From Haliotis rubra (lineage: Eukaryota), in the NCBI RefSeq assembly GCF_003918875.1, contig NW_025766114.1, forward strand, positions 1-64,000: a DNA stretch of 64,000 nt, given 5' to 3'. A model generated the notes under the pieces. That model was not told where the DNA came from. It made no database searches and saw only the letters and a list, made by a program, of their open reading frames with translations. Position 1 is the first letter of the stretch. The number at the start of each line of letters is the position of its first letter. Of this stretch, positions 1 through 11,573 are shown piece after piece. The position numbers and the translations under genes are program-made.

Positions 1-35
1 TTGTTGTAGCGCTGGTGCTGGTTGCGTATTGCTCT

Positions 36-1305
36 CAGCATATACAAAAGTACTAGAATCTGTGCTTTACTGATAAAGTGTAATGTCAAACATAACATAT
101 GTTGCATGTGATCACTTTCTAGAAGGAATTGTTCATATCTACGCCAAAACGTCGCACTCGTTGTAATAAAGAAGCCGCCATATAGCTGGAATATTGCTGA
201 GGAGCGGCGTAAAACTAAACTCGCTCACTGTAATAAAGAAGCTGCATCAATGAGTACTGTGTCTTTGTTCATCGTACCAAATTTCAAGTCAATTTTGAAA
301 ATCATAAACAGGAGACAAAGTACACTGATGTGTGTCCGTAATCTCTCTCCCAAAAGAAACGCATCATGAAAATAGCAATTTCATGTAGCAATATGAATTA
401 AAACGTGATTCATTTTAAAAGGTTTTGCTCTGTTTATGAGTCCTATGGTGTTTATGTTTTGAAACATCACAAAAAAACACCATCCATAAAATACCCGTAT
501 TTATAACAGCATGATTTTCAATTTCGGCGTGTCGTGTCACAAAATACACAATTCACGTGCAATGTACGTGAAGATAGTGGGGATCAGATAGTCTCAATGA
601 TGGGTGATCGCTGTCTGTCGATTATTCACTGTATTTGGAATATTGTTGACGAACGCAAAATACAACGTCTAAGTGAAACCAACCGTCATATCGCCATTGG
701 TTTGCTTGAAGCTGGCCAGTCTCAACGTGCAGTTGCCCGACGCATGGATGTTCACTAAACACCATTTCACGGCTCTGGGAGAAGATATCGCCGGCAGAAT
801 GCGGTAGCAGATACCCCTCGTAGTCAGGGCGACCTCGAGCGACCACTGCGGCGCAGGATCGCTACATCCGGGTACATCACCTGCGTCATCGAAGACAGCT
901 GGCGACTAGTACCGCTCGACAAATGCAGATTGATTGAGGCTGAACAGACCGTCAGGAACAGGTTGAGAGAGGCTGGTTTACGTGCCAGCAGACCTTATTT
1001 TGGCCTGTGCTTCGACAACAACATCGTCGACATCGAGTTCAATGGTGCACCAACGTTCCAGGCCTTGAACCTACCGAATTGGCGTAAGATCTGGTTCAGT
1101 GATGAATCACGATTTCTGTGGAACGACGCGATGGAAGAGATGCGGGTGTACAGACGTCGACGTGAACGTTTCGCCGACGCTTGCGTTCCCCAGGTAAACA
1201 GATTCGGCCGGGAGGTGTTATGATGTAGGGGAGCGATCACCTGCCGTATGGGAAGTGATTTGGTGATGATCCAGGGCAGCCCGACAGCTCAATGGTACTG
1301 TGACG
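36..1305 (+). repeat. Direct-repeat copy 1 of the segment at 62717..64000 (SINE relics plus 5' part of a Tc1 element)
   Basis: Colinear match over ~1.27 kb, including ~300 bp of non-Tc1 flank with the same nested SINE fragment. This copy carries many small indels. Confidence 0.9.
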
Positions 1306-1863
1306 AAATCCTGCGCCCACACCTCCTTCCAATCATTGATCGCCAGAGGAGTTGTTTCAACAGGACAATGCCGAACAACACAGCACGTCACACTCGAGAG
1401 ACTTCCTCAGAACCACAACATCAATGTGCTCCCCTGGCCCTCAAGATCACCGGACTTCAACCCGATCGAACATCATAATCCGGATGCCCTGGACAGACAG
1501 GTGCGACGCCGTAACCCTCAGCCCCAGACACTTCAGCAACTCGCACAGGCACCGCAGGCAGAGAGGGCTGCTGCGATTGGGCAACACGAGATTCTGAGAC
1601 TTATTCGTTCGATGCCGAGGCGATGCCGTGCAGTTCTGGATGCCACGGTGGTCACACGAGAATTATTGACTTCAGCGCCATCACGTCTCCATGTGACACT
1701 CAAACTCCTTACCTCGAGTTGGTGCCAAAAGACGGATAGTCTGCATTCCCAGTGTGCAATTTCGCTATATTTCATTGATTCATAAAGCCCTACAAGATGT
1801 TTCAAAATAAACATAAAAATACAGTTTGAAATTCCTATATGCGTTTCTATTTTTGGAGAAGTA
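342..1863 (+). mobile_element. Tc1/mariner DNA transposon, frameshifted transposase
   Basis: TIR-like ends ctctcccaaaagaaacgcat ... atgcgtttctatttttggagaagta followed by TA. Transposase motifs are split across frames: HTH region (IAIGLLEAGQSQRAVARR), WFSDESRF, FQQDNA, SPDFNPIEH. Confidence 0.9.
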
Positions 1864-4059
1864 TATGATGTCAGCGTAAAAGCGAGCAGATACAATGTAG
1901 TACGGCTCAGGGTTACAATTACACATTTGGATTAGATTACTTACCTGACGCGACCTTCTACTAGGTTTTGTTAGACTCAGTATAGAAGTGTAACGAATAA
2001 TACTGAGCCTAAGTTTACTTAGACTGACAGGGTTTTATAAATTATATGTTTTATCATGAACTTAGAACCAGTTTTATGGCTGCAATATTGCCGATGTGAC
2101 TTAAAGTTTTAACTCACTCTTCAATACCAAATTTCAGTAATGTAATACTTTCATCGGTACAATATTTTCAAGATATACAATGAAACATAACACAGAACAA
2201 GGAAAACTATCACTGTATATTGATATCATCCTGTTGTCAACGTGTGATGAAACTGTCCTGTTGTAACATCTCATGTAATGTCAGTCTCAAAGAGTTTTTC
2301 AAAACGAGGTGGAAATACATTAAAGCATATACAAAGACTTATATCCACTTTCTGTGACATGGCCTTATTTTGTTTAGTCATATGTATCATTCAAGGACAA
2401 CTCCTCGTCCATGGCCATAGGAATGTTATGTTCTTGCACTGACAATATTGCCAACAGTTCCAAGTTTCCATCTGCCATCGGTCTATGCAATGAGTGTCTA
2501 TCATTCACCCTTCCTGGCCTCACTAGGCCCTTTGGTGGAGAGTCAGTCGGGTCCCATTCAGAGTATTTGAAGTCACGAATTGGACATGGTTCGTTAGAGC
2601 AGAACTCCTCTGTTGCTCTATCTGCGACCTCATAGCTTTCCTCAGAGCGATCTGAGAGTCCAGTCGGGAAGGAATGCAACAGTTCTTCTTCCTGGAACTC
2701 GACAAAGAAGGACATTTGAAGGGGACGTTGGTGACACCAAATACTTCGTCATCGTTGACAGAATCTCTGGCAGTGTTGGGCACGGAATGGCGAAGACCAT
2801 TACGAGGAGTCGACGCAACAGTTTCACGATGTGATGGTTGTGTACGTCTTGGTGTGGCTTCTGGGTGAGCTCCTTTAGAGTCAGTCTGAAGGGTATGGGT
2901 CTTCTTCGTCTGACGTGGGGAGGTTCTTGGAAGAGCTACCCATCTCCGGATCGCCACGCCATGGTTTGTGTCAGAAGGAGAGCTGATCATTTCTCTGAAA
3001 AGAAAATTGGAATAATCTATTTTGTTCAACATTACTCAATAACTGAACATATATATATTTGTACAGAAATGAACTGAAATTATTTCTCCGTCATATTGTG
3101 GATAGTACGAAGCACGTGAATCGAAACATTTTATGTTGAAGTGAAGGATTAAGGAGATTATTTCATTCATTCTGACAGTTTCCATACCCAAGTGAACTAG
3201 TTCAGTATAACAAACAAGCTTTTCACCTTGAGTATGTAATTTGTCATTATCGTGTCGAGTGAACCTAATAATATGGCATACAATTATGGTGTATTTATGT
3301 AAATGTATTTAACAAGGGCCTATCACATGTTTGTGTAGGAAATATTATAACATATATTACCTTTACGCGGGTCTTTACGTTAGGCACGGCTCCGATAACA
3401 ATCGGATTAGGATTACTGTAATCGCACATTCAGACTGGGAATAATACATGGTATTACATAGGCGATATTACTGGCCAGGTGGGGATAAACAAGCAATGGA
3501 GAAGTACCATCTCGTTGTATTTAATCAGAAACAAACATGTTTTATTAGGGGTGACTATTGAGGGGAAACAACTTTTGCGATAGTGATAGTCTATTACAAC
3601 GTACTGCATTACTATTGCAATACTTTTTTTCTCCTTGAATTGTCTCATTTGAAGTCATTTCCCAAATGAATGTATAGTTTATATGAAATAAAAACAATTT
3701 GAAGTAGTTTCAGTCACTTTCTAATGAGTGACAAGAAACTTGAAACCCAGATCAAGTAAACAGTTAAAACATAAACTCAATGAGGCTGCAAGTCTGCACC
3801 CAAACATCCTGTATTTTGCGCTGCGCATTTACCAACAAAGTCTATTACTAAACTATATATAGCCACACATACTATCGATGCATCGATAGTTTTCGTTTCT
3901 ATCATCAATTAATTGCTATAGGAGACTCAACAATTACAATGCATCCCATCGTTTATATGTTTTATAGTTTAATATAGACAGGATATATGTGAGTGTTTTA
4001 TCTGTACCGATGTTATATCGTCAAGAATGTTTTTTTCGGACACTGGGATGCTCGGCGTA

Positions 4060-4990
4060 CCAGGCGACTAACAGGACCGTGTGGTCAGGCTCTCTGACGT
4101 GGTTGACACATGACATCGTATCCTAAATGTGTAGATTGATGCTCAAGATGTAAATCACTGCATCGTATGGCCCAGACTCGATTTACAGACCGCCGTCATG
4201 TTACTGAAAAATTGCTGAGTGGGTTTGACGTTAGACAACAAACAGTGTAAACCATCGGTATGGTATTTCAGTGCTTAGAACTTTAAAGCCAACATTAGTA
4301 CATAAAGCAATCTATACGATACGACCATTGTAAACACACACTGTATTTCACTCAAGAAGACCAACAACGGGAAAGTGTAATCCCAACAGAAGACCATTAG
4401 TGCAATACTTGCTATGAGAAAAATCACGTTCATTTAACGGGGCTTCACATTATATTCATAATCGAAGTGAGGTTTGAGAGAACCTGCGAGAAATATGGAT
4501 GCGGGAAGACGTGTGGAAGACAACAGCCATGTGAGCCTATGTTAAAAGAAGGGATTTTCGACCACTTTCAAGCTTCGGTCGCTTTGTGCAACAGCAACAT
4601 CACGGCGGGGGACACCAGGAATGGGCTTTACACATAATACCCATGTGGGGAATCGAACCTGGGTCTTCGTGACGAGCGAACGCTGTTGTTGAACGTCGCT
4701 GTCAGTAATATTCCAGCTATATGGGGACGCTCTGAACATAATCGGACCAGTCAAGGTCTGGGTTAGAATGAACCTTCAGTAACCCATGCTTGTCGTAAGA
4801 GGCGACTAACGGGATCGGGTGGTCAGCCTCGCTGACTTTGGTTGACACATGTCATCGGTTCCAAATTGCGCAGATCGATGCTTATGCTGTTGATTACTGG
4901 ATTGTCTGGTCCAGACTCGATCTGGAACACACTGACCAGTAATCAACAGCATAGGCACCGATCTAGGTAATTTGGATACGATGACATAGA
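4060..4990. mobile_element. Cluster of SINE copies and fragments
   Basis: Matches the family gtcgtaagaggcgactaacgggatcgggtggtcag seen at 59581 and 61601, plus a minus-strand tRNA-head SINE piece at ~4590-4685. Confidence 0.7.
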
Positions 4991-5714
4991 AGAGCAATGA
5001 ACATTATATGAATGGAGCGCTGAAAATCAGTGATGACACCAGGTCACTGAGTGAGTGAGTATGGGCTTACGCCGCTTTCATCAATATTCCAGCAATATCA
5101 GCGGGTGCACTAGAGTGAGTGAGTGAATTTGGTTTACGTCGATTTTACCACTAGGCTACCCCGCCGCCCCAACTGTCTTGGAAATAGAGGCGGATCAACG
5201 CGATTTGAATAAGTGTGGCTTTCATGGTTTCTACGATCCTCTGACGTTCAACGGCTTATATGCAAATATCAGTCAGATGTCCATGTCACATTGTTAAACT
5301 GTGTATCACATTAAGTATATAACATATCAATAGTTCTGATACCCTTTTGTTGAATATCCTCCACTGTTGGCATGTTTATTATGCACATGACTGCAACAAA
5401 TTCCTGTCGGTCTGCACTCACGTCAAGTATACGTGAGGCGAAATTATTTGCCATTTTACTGTTGAGTTTAGTGTTGAGTTTGGCTTTAGGTCACAACGGC
5501 ATTATTCCAGCCATACAGTGACGAGAACAAGTCTGTACTCATGGATATTTCACGTACACAGACCAAATGAGGTTTAGTTTATAAACAAATATATTCAATG
5601 CATTAGTATTTACGAACAGAAACCGCCACAGTACCAAATTAAAAAAATGCAATCCGTCATTCACATTACATGGTTGCAATCTATGGTACAGGTCAACTTC
5701 CCTCAGGTAGCTAG

Positions 5715-7150
5715 TAGGGCTCTCACGAGTCCAAAAATTGGGACTCGAGTACCCGACAATTTGGATGCTTATCTAAAACCAACATCCAGGCATACACGTG
5801 GCTGTTCCAACTTCCAATCTACGAATAATGCAACATGTATATGTGAATCTAAACGTTCTTGAATAGAGCAATTGATATTCAATGTCAATGGAAGTATATA
5901 TTACCTTTTTATTATTGCACGTGAAGGCAGCGTAAGTGTCACTGTGACCAAGTTGTATGCGATCAATAATGTGATCAAAAGAAACCAATCAATGTACTTC
6001 TTTTTTCTCTTGGTTATAGGTTTGACTGCGCTTTCAAGATGATTTAATATTAATGTGTCGTTGCAGTTACGACATATTAGCTACTTTTAAACATTCACCT
6101 TGACGATAAGTCACATAATCAATTAACCTTAATCATGGTTAAATTGCGGCAAAACACGTGCGCAAACTGATATTTAGGCAAAGCATTCATTGATTGGTGC
6201 TGCATTGGATATCTTGTAAAAATGGATCGACTATGAGACTTAAAGAAATAGAATATGTAAAACAGGATTGATGTTTATTTGAGACTTCTTATAGTGAAAA
6301 CGTTTTGGTTTCAAACTAAAGACTAAGCATTTATTGAGTAACACTACACTGAATTTCTTCTTCCTAAACTCTGCTGAACGGAGATCGCGTCAGTGGTATT
6401 TATTGTGAATAAAACTTTAACTATTTCAGGATTTAGGTCTCCAAGTGTGAATGTTATTTTAGATGGGTATGTATGTGTTGATTATTGAATATGTAACACT
6501 GAAATACGCTGAATAAGAACGACTGAATATCTATGTAGAAATGAAGTTGAACAACAAGAGTGAAGACTAATTGTATCAAATTGTTTGTTTAATGAACTTA
6601 ATGCAAGAAGGCAAGAACACAAGGCCAAGTTTTAAAGAACATAGCTTATTATTGAAACCCGACATATATCTTTCATTTTTGCTTTAGAATTTGCCGTTAA
6701 AAGTGACATAACATTATCACGAAACAACAAGTCAATAACACAACTTCATGAAATACAAATATGAATACACACCCGTATGCTTTCACATATAGCCTAACAA
6801 TATGGCTAACATATTTACTTTAAAACAAACAAATTTAAAGTCTGAAACAGCATGAACTTATACTGATACTGAAAATGAAACATTAACTTTAACGTTTTTG
6901 TCGCCACTATTCTTGTACATGTATACAGTCCATCAGTTTGTAATGTCGGGGAAAGCGGGTAAGGCAGGCAAAGGACCTTGGTGAGGGGTCTCTGTGGGAG
7001 CGGCAAGGGGGATCTCTGTTCTAGTGTCGTCAGGAGTTTCTTTCTTAATAACAGGGTTCAAGCTTGAGACTGAAGGGGGTTCTTCCTCTTTTAATGCGTC
7101 TCGTAGATTCTTGTTTAGGAATATGATTGCGTCTGCAGTCTCCGGAGTTT
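5715..7150 (-). mobile_element. 3' remnant of a hAT-type DNA transposon
   Basis: The minus ORF 6933..7208 contains TPETADAIIFLNKN, resembling the end of the hAT C-terminal dimerisation domain (L.P..vd.lifL..N). A TAGGGCT terminus-like sequence starts at 5715. The 5' side is cut by the breakpoint at ~7148. Confidence 0.5.
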
Positions 7151-7555
7151 CTTTACATTGTCCCAGTAGAAAACTTATGATTTGTAATATTTGACGAATG
7201 TCATACATGTTGACGTATGTGACAGATGTTACATATTTTTTATCTTGACCATGCTATTACAGTGATATTACATGTGGACTTTCTGATGTATGTATGGTAC
7301 AAGGGATCTTCCACTTATATAAGTGTTAGAAATACTGCCGCTATTGGTCTGTTGTTGGTATATAGCTAATAGAACTACCGGCTTGGGAAAGCCCACATTG
7401 TCAGGAGAGTTATATCATTATCATCGTCAAAGTTAATACTGAATTCAAAACTGAAATGAACGCAAGAGTCAGGGGAAAATGTAATCTCAATTATTTCAAT
7501 ATGTTCATGATTATTTTTTTTAGAGATATCTACATTGGCATTTCTATTTGGCTAT

Positions 7556-8250
7556 GTCAAGCATGTCCTGCTTGACTGTATTGATTTTTCCATCACAAGG
7601 GACAAGTATTTCTTAGTAAAAACGATGAAGGATCTCTTTAATAATGTACATGTTCATTTAAGCATTGAGTTTTTAAAAGAAATAGAATTACTTGATATAT
7701 TTTTATCGTTATTAGCATATGAATTTTAATTTGAGAGAATGAATACATAACTTTGATTGTTAGTGGCTATACTTTCAAAGGGGGTTGAAGTAGCGTAAAA
7801 TTATTGTCCCCCGGAGAGGGTATGCAAGTCCCATTTCATTCAAAGTATTTTGCATTGTCCGTGATTTTAATCGTAGTATATATGTATTTTTATATGCATG
7901 GTTAAATTGTGCAAAAAACATGTGAAGGAACGATGTAAATCCAGGTCGGGTCCATGTAGGCAGCAAAGGTACTGTAAGTTCCCAATGGTCCCTAGTATGG
8001 TGATCTACCTACAGTTGTTGGTGATCTATAGCCCGGTTTTTAGATTGTATTGTCGTGTATTGTAATACATGTTTTTTATGCTTACATGCTAGTTTTAACT
8101 TTCTATCTGTGATAGCCTAGTTGTTTTACTGTTCTTCGTTGACGGATTTTACAAAATATCTTCTCTTTATTAATACCATATATATTGTTATAGTCACGAT
8201 GTGGCTGCAATATTGCCGATGTGACTCTAAATCGTAACTCACACACTAAC
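7556..8250 (+). mobile_element. 5'-truncated LINE 3' end (same family as 49766..53457)
   Basis: VKHVLLDCIDFSITRDKYF C-terminal motif, conserved 3' UTR (ggtccctagtatggtgatctacc) and aactcac tail. Confidence 0.8.
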
Positions 8251-9401
8251 TATTTGGCTATGTGTGTTTGAATAACTGAACACCTGACAACTACAGCATG
8301 CTGCTCTTCAGCATCTGAACATCGTGTGAAAAAAGTAACCCGTGTTGCAACTCCAGATGCGCTTTTCTAAAGGAATGGAACGCATTTGAATTGCCTGCGG
8401 GGAACTCTAATGCAAGAAGTCAACTTCTGGTGTCAGCACATGTTCCCGTGCGTTTCCGGGTAAACAATTGATTTTCCTTTGGGTTTTACTCAATAATAGA
8501 AAGGGATTTGTTATTTCCATACATCCACCCGAAACTCACTTTGTTGAGTAACTGTTGTATACATATATTTGTGAACTATGTTTTTAAAAAAGCAATACCT
8601 TGTTCCGAAATTTCATTTGTAACATCTGACGTATATGACAGATGTAACATCATATGTTAACTTGATCGGGCGATTACGATAAGGGATACTACATTCGGAT
8701 AAGGATAACTGTCATCCTACATTCATCTGGGAATAACTCACTGTAATACATTTTTCAATATGACTGATCAGGCTGGAGCCAACATGCATTTACGAAATTT
8801 TACTTGATTATTGTTCAGTCTGTTCATAATTTTGTTTAACCAATCAGTCGTTTTGGGGTTTCATGTGCGTGTTTGTTACTCAGTTCTTAATAAGACTAAT
8901 TTAGTTCGGCTAACTCGGCTAATCCGTGATCATGTTGTGTGTTCACATTACTTGGGTTGAAGTTGGGAAAGACCGACATCCTGCAAACAGACAAAAGAGA
9001 GTTAAACATCAACTGTAATACCCATAAGTATGCATTTAATCGCGTAATATATATGTAATAAGTAATTTTACAACAGTTTAATAGTGCTGAATATCCGTAT
9101 TTAGAGGAATCTGCTAACACTTCTAATCCACTTGTCTGTCTGTGTGGACACTGCCTCACACTATCTGTGTTACATGCTCTTGTAGTGAGCCTTTGGTTGC
9201 CATGAGGACATCATTTTATTTCTCCCGAATAATATTACAGATATACCACATTAAACCAAATATAAACAGATCAAGCTAACTTTACAACCAAGTAAAATAT
9301 TAACTGAAATATAGTATTGAAAACTTTCAGCATGTAAAGACAATCTAATTGCATACTTCAAGGCACATTTAGATAACACGCAGTAGGAGTTCATGGGTTA
9401 G

Positions 9402-9683
9402 AGTGAGTGAGTGAGTTAAAATTTATAGTCACATCGGCAATATTTCAGCTCATGAGTAAGATGAACAGGACATGACAACATGATAACCATAATAAAATAC
9501 CAAGGAAACACACATATGGCAATTGAGAAAAATATATCTCATGTTATATGGGGTTAAACTTTGCCAGGAAACTACAAATTCTATTACTTCTTTTGGTTTG
9601 AGTTCCTTCCGGGATTCGAACCGACACTCTCGGAGCAAGGCACGTCGATAGCAGTCTAACCCACTAAGCCACGGAGGGTTCCA
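9402..9683 (-). mobile_element. tRNA-derived SINE with (ACTC)n tail; duplicate at ~33790..34076
   Basis: On the minus strand, A-box (tggcttagtggg) and B-box (ggttcgaatccc) motifs and a LINE-like tail ending in ctcactcactc. Confidence 0.65.
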
Positions 9684-10599
9684 TCAAATGGAAGTCAGAC
9701 AACTGGTAACCGTCTTCTTTTGTGTCCTTCTGACAAGTGTAAATTATCACAGCTCCCAAGGCGGAAGTTTTGAAGACAGTTTTTAGAAAGTAATCAAATG
9801 GAACACGTGTTATATTTGTGGTAACACTTTCTTAGTAAAGTACAGATTGTAGTACCTTTGTGGATGAACAGAATTGTTGTTTGGCATAATGAAAATATGA
9901 ATCAATTCTTGACTTTTCGTAAAACAAATCCGAAGAGCACGCCAGTCTAACAGAAGAAACCATGTTAGGAATAATGACGAAAATCTAATTTAGGTTCTCT
10001 TAAATGGATTGCATTAAGACCGATCAGTATTCTGCTGGGAAGTATCTGCCGACATAACAACCCCAGAGAAATAGTCAACCTTATCGGGCAGAGCTCATCA
10101 TCATCATCATCCAAAGGAGCGGTCATTGCACCTTTGTGATTCCTGAACCAATTCATTTCAGCCATTTTACCTCTTGACTTGTGCTCATTTTTTATATTTT
10201 GAGGTCGAGGTACCGCTGATTGAGTACCTGTGCTCTTCTTATCATATGTGTCGAGTCCTCTTCAACGGCAGTCAGGTCCAAACACACCATGTGCTGTGGA
10301 GACGGAAAAAGACATCAAAATAACATACAACGCACAAAATGGGTGTTACAAAATGTTACAAAAGAATGCTTACTATCTTGAAAAATAGAATCCAGGTCTT
10401 CAGCGTGACGAGGGAACGCTTCAACCACTGGGTTACCCCCTGCCGTCTAATGCATTTGGAGGAAATGATGGTGTACCTTTTGGTGACAATACATTTATAT
10501 CTAACTGGTGAATTGTATTCGTAGACACAAGTTGCAAAGCTTAATCAGTAACATTAGTTAACTATGAAAACTTTAATTATACTAAACCTTTCACAAGGA

Positions 10600-11573
10600 A
10601 AACTGTAAAACACTACCAACAAAACAACACCTTGTAATATATTGTTTTCAACATATTATAATTTTCATATATTTCTTACAAAACAATGTAGTGAGCAAGT
10701 TTTAGCATTTATCGCCACTTTTAACAGAATTCCAATTATACCACCGCGTTTCAGCTGAATATGGGAGGGAAAACAATAGATTCATGTCTCAGACCTTTAC
10801 TCTTTCCGTTAAACCAAGCATCGATGTTCCACCTATGAAATATCTAGAAAACATACATGCAACGAGTCAACAATCACAGATTTCTGATGTACCTAATGAT
10901 CGCAGCTATGCAAAGCGAAACTTGGTGCAGAAGACGTCGGGGCAGCCCAAGCTGTAACATGAAACAATTTATCACCCTATGACCAAGTGACAACAATAAG
11001 CACTTTTTCTGCCAGTACAATTAAACCTTGATGGTATTTGCCGAATAACTCTGCTACACAATCAGTGATTAAAACACTGATGGCAGCTGATCATGTTAAT
11101 ATCATTTAGGGTGTGTTCTCATATGTTCTGCATTTCCCATTAGTCATGATTCCTGGAAATGGTTTTGTACAGGTTAAATTGACATGAGTACCCAACGCCA
11201 TTGCCAGCTTTCATCAATGCTACTGTAAATGACAATGGTGACGTAACATACCCTCAAATCAATATTCAAAGCATTGGGAGATGGGATTCATAATGACAGG
11301 AACACTTAGCGGTATGTTTTTATTCAAGTGTAACATAAACAAGGACAAAAGATCGATACAGGCGTAATGTAGGAGCGCGACATCAAATTGACCAAGCTTT
11401 TCAGTTGTTGATTGTGTAAGCACTACCGATAATGTCTAAAAGGTTTCTCCTGGCCACGAACATTTTTACCAATCCATGAATCATTTCGAAAATCCAGTCT
11501 CCGCGTGTGGCTGAATTCACTGGGGTTGTGCTGTTTATCCTTCATCATTAGTGACGCTGACACACGTTTGAAA
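10600..11573 (+). promoter_or_regulatory. Conserved upstream/5' UTR block of A- and C-type receptor genes
   Basis: Homologous blocks precede R3, R5, R7 and R8 (ctacacaatcagtga; aagct(t/g)ttcagttg; aaaggtttctcc; tgaatcatttc; gtctcc(a/g)cgtgtg). Function is inferred only from position and conservation. Confidence 0.45.

Noticed and set aside
8880-10300. Possible minus-strand exons (acceptor-like ttttgtctgtttgcag and tttttccgtctccacag; poly-Asp ORF)
   Set aside because: No recognisable protein, short frames, and indels in the duplicate copy; not supportable without RNA data.
11505-11573. GTG/TTG-initiated N-terminal extensions of the receptor ORFs (also 16465, 22624, 35899, 39242, 48078, 57692)
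   Set aside because: The ORF track allows bacterial start codons. In this eukaryotic DNA the downstream ATG directly precedes a signal peptide in each copy.
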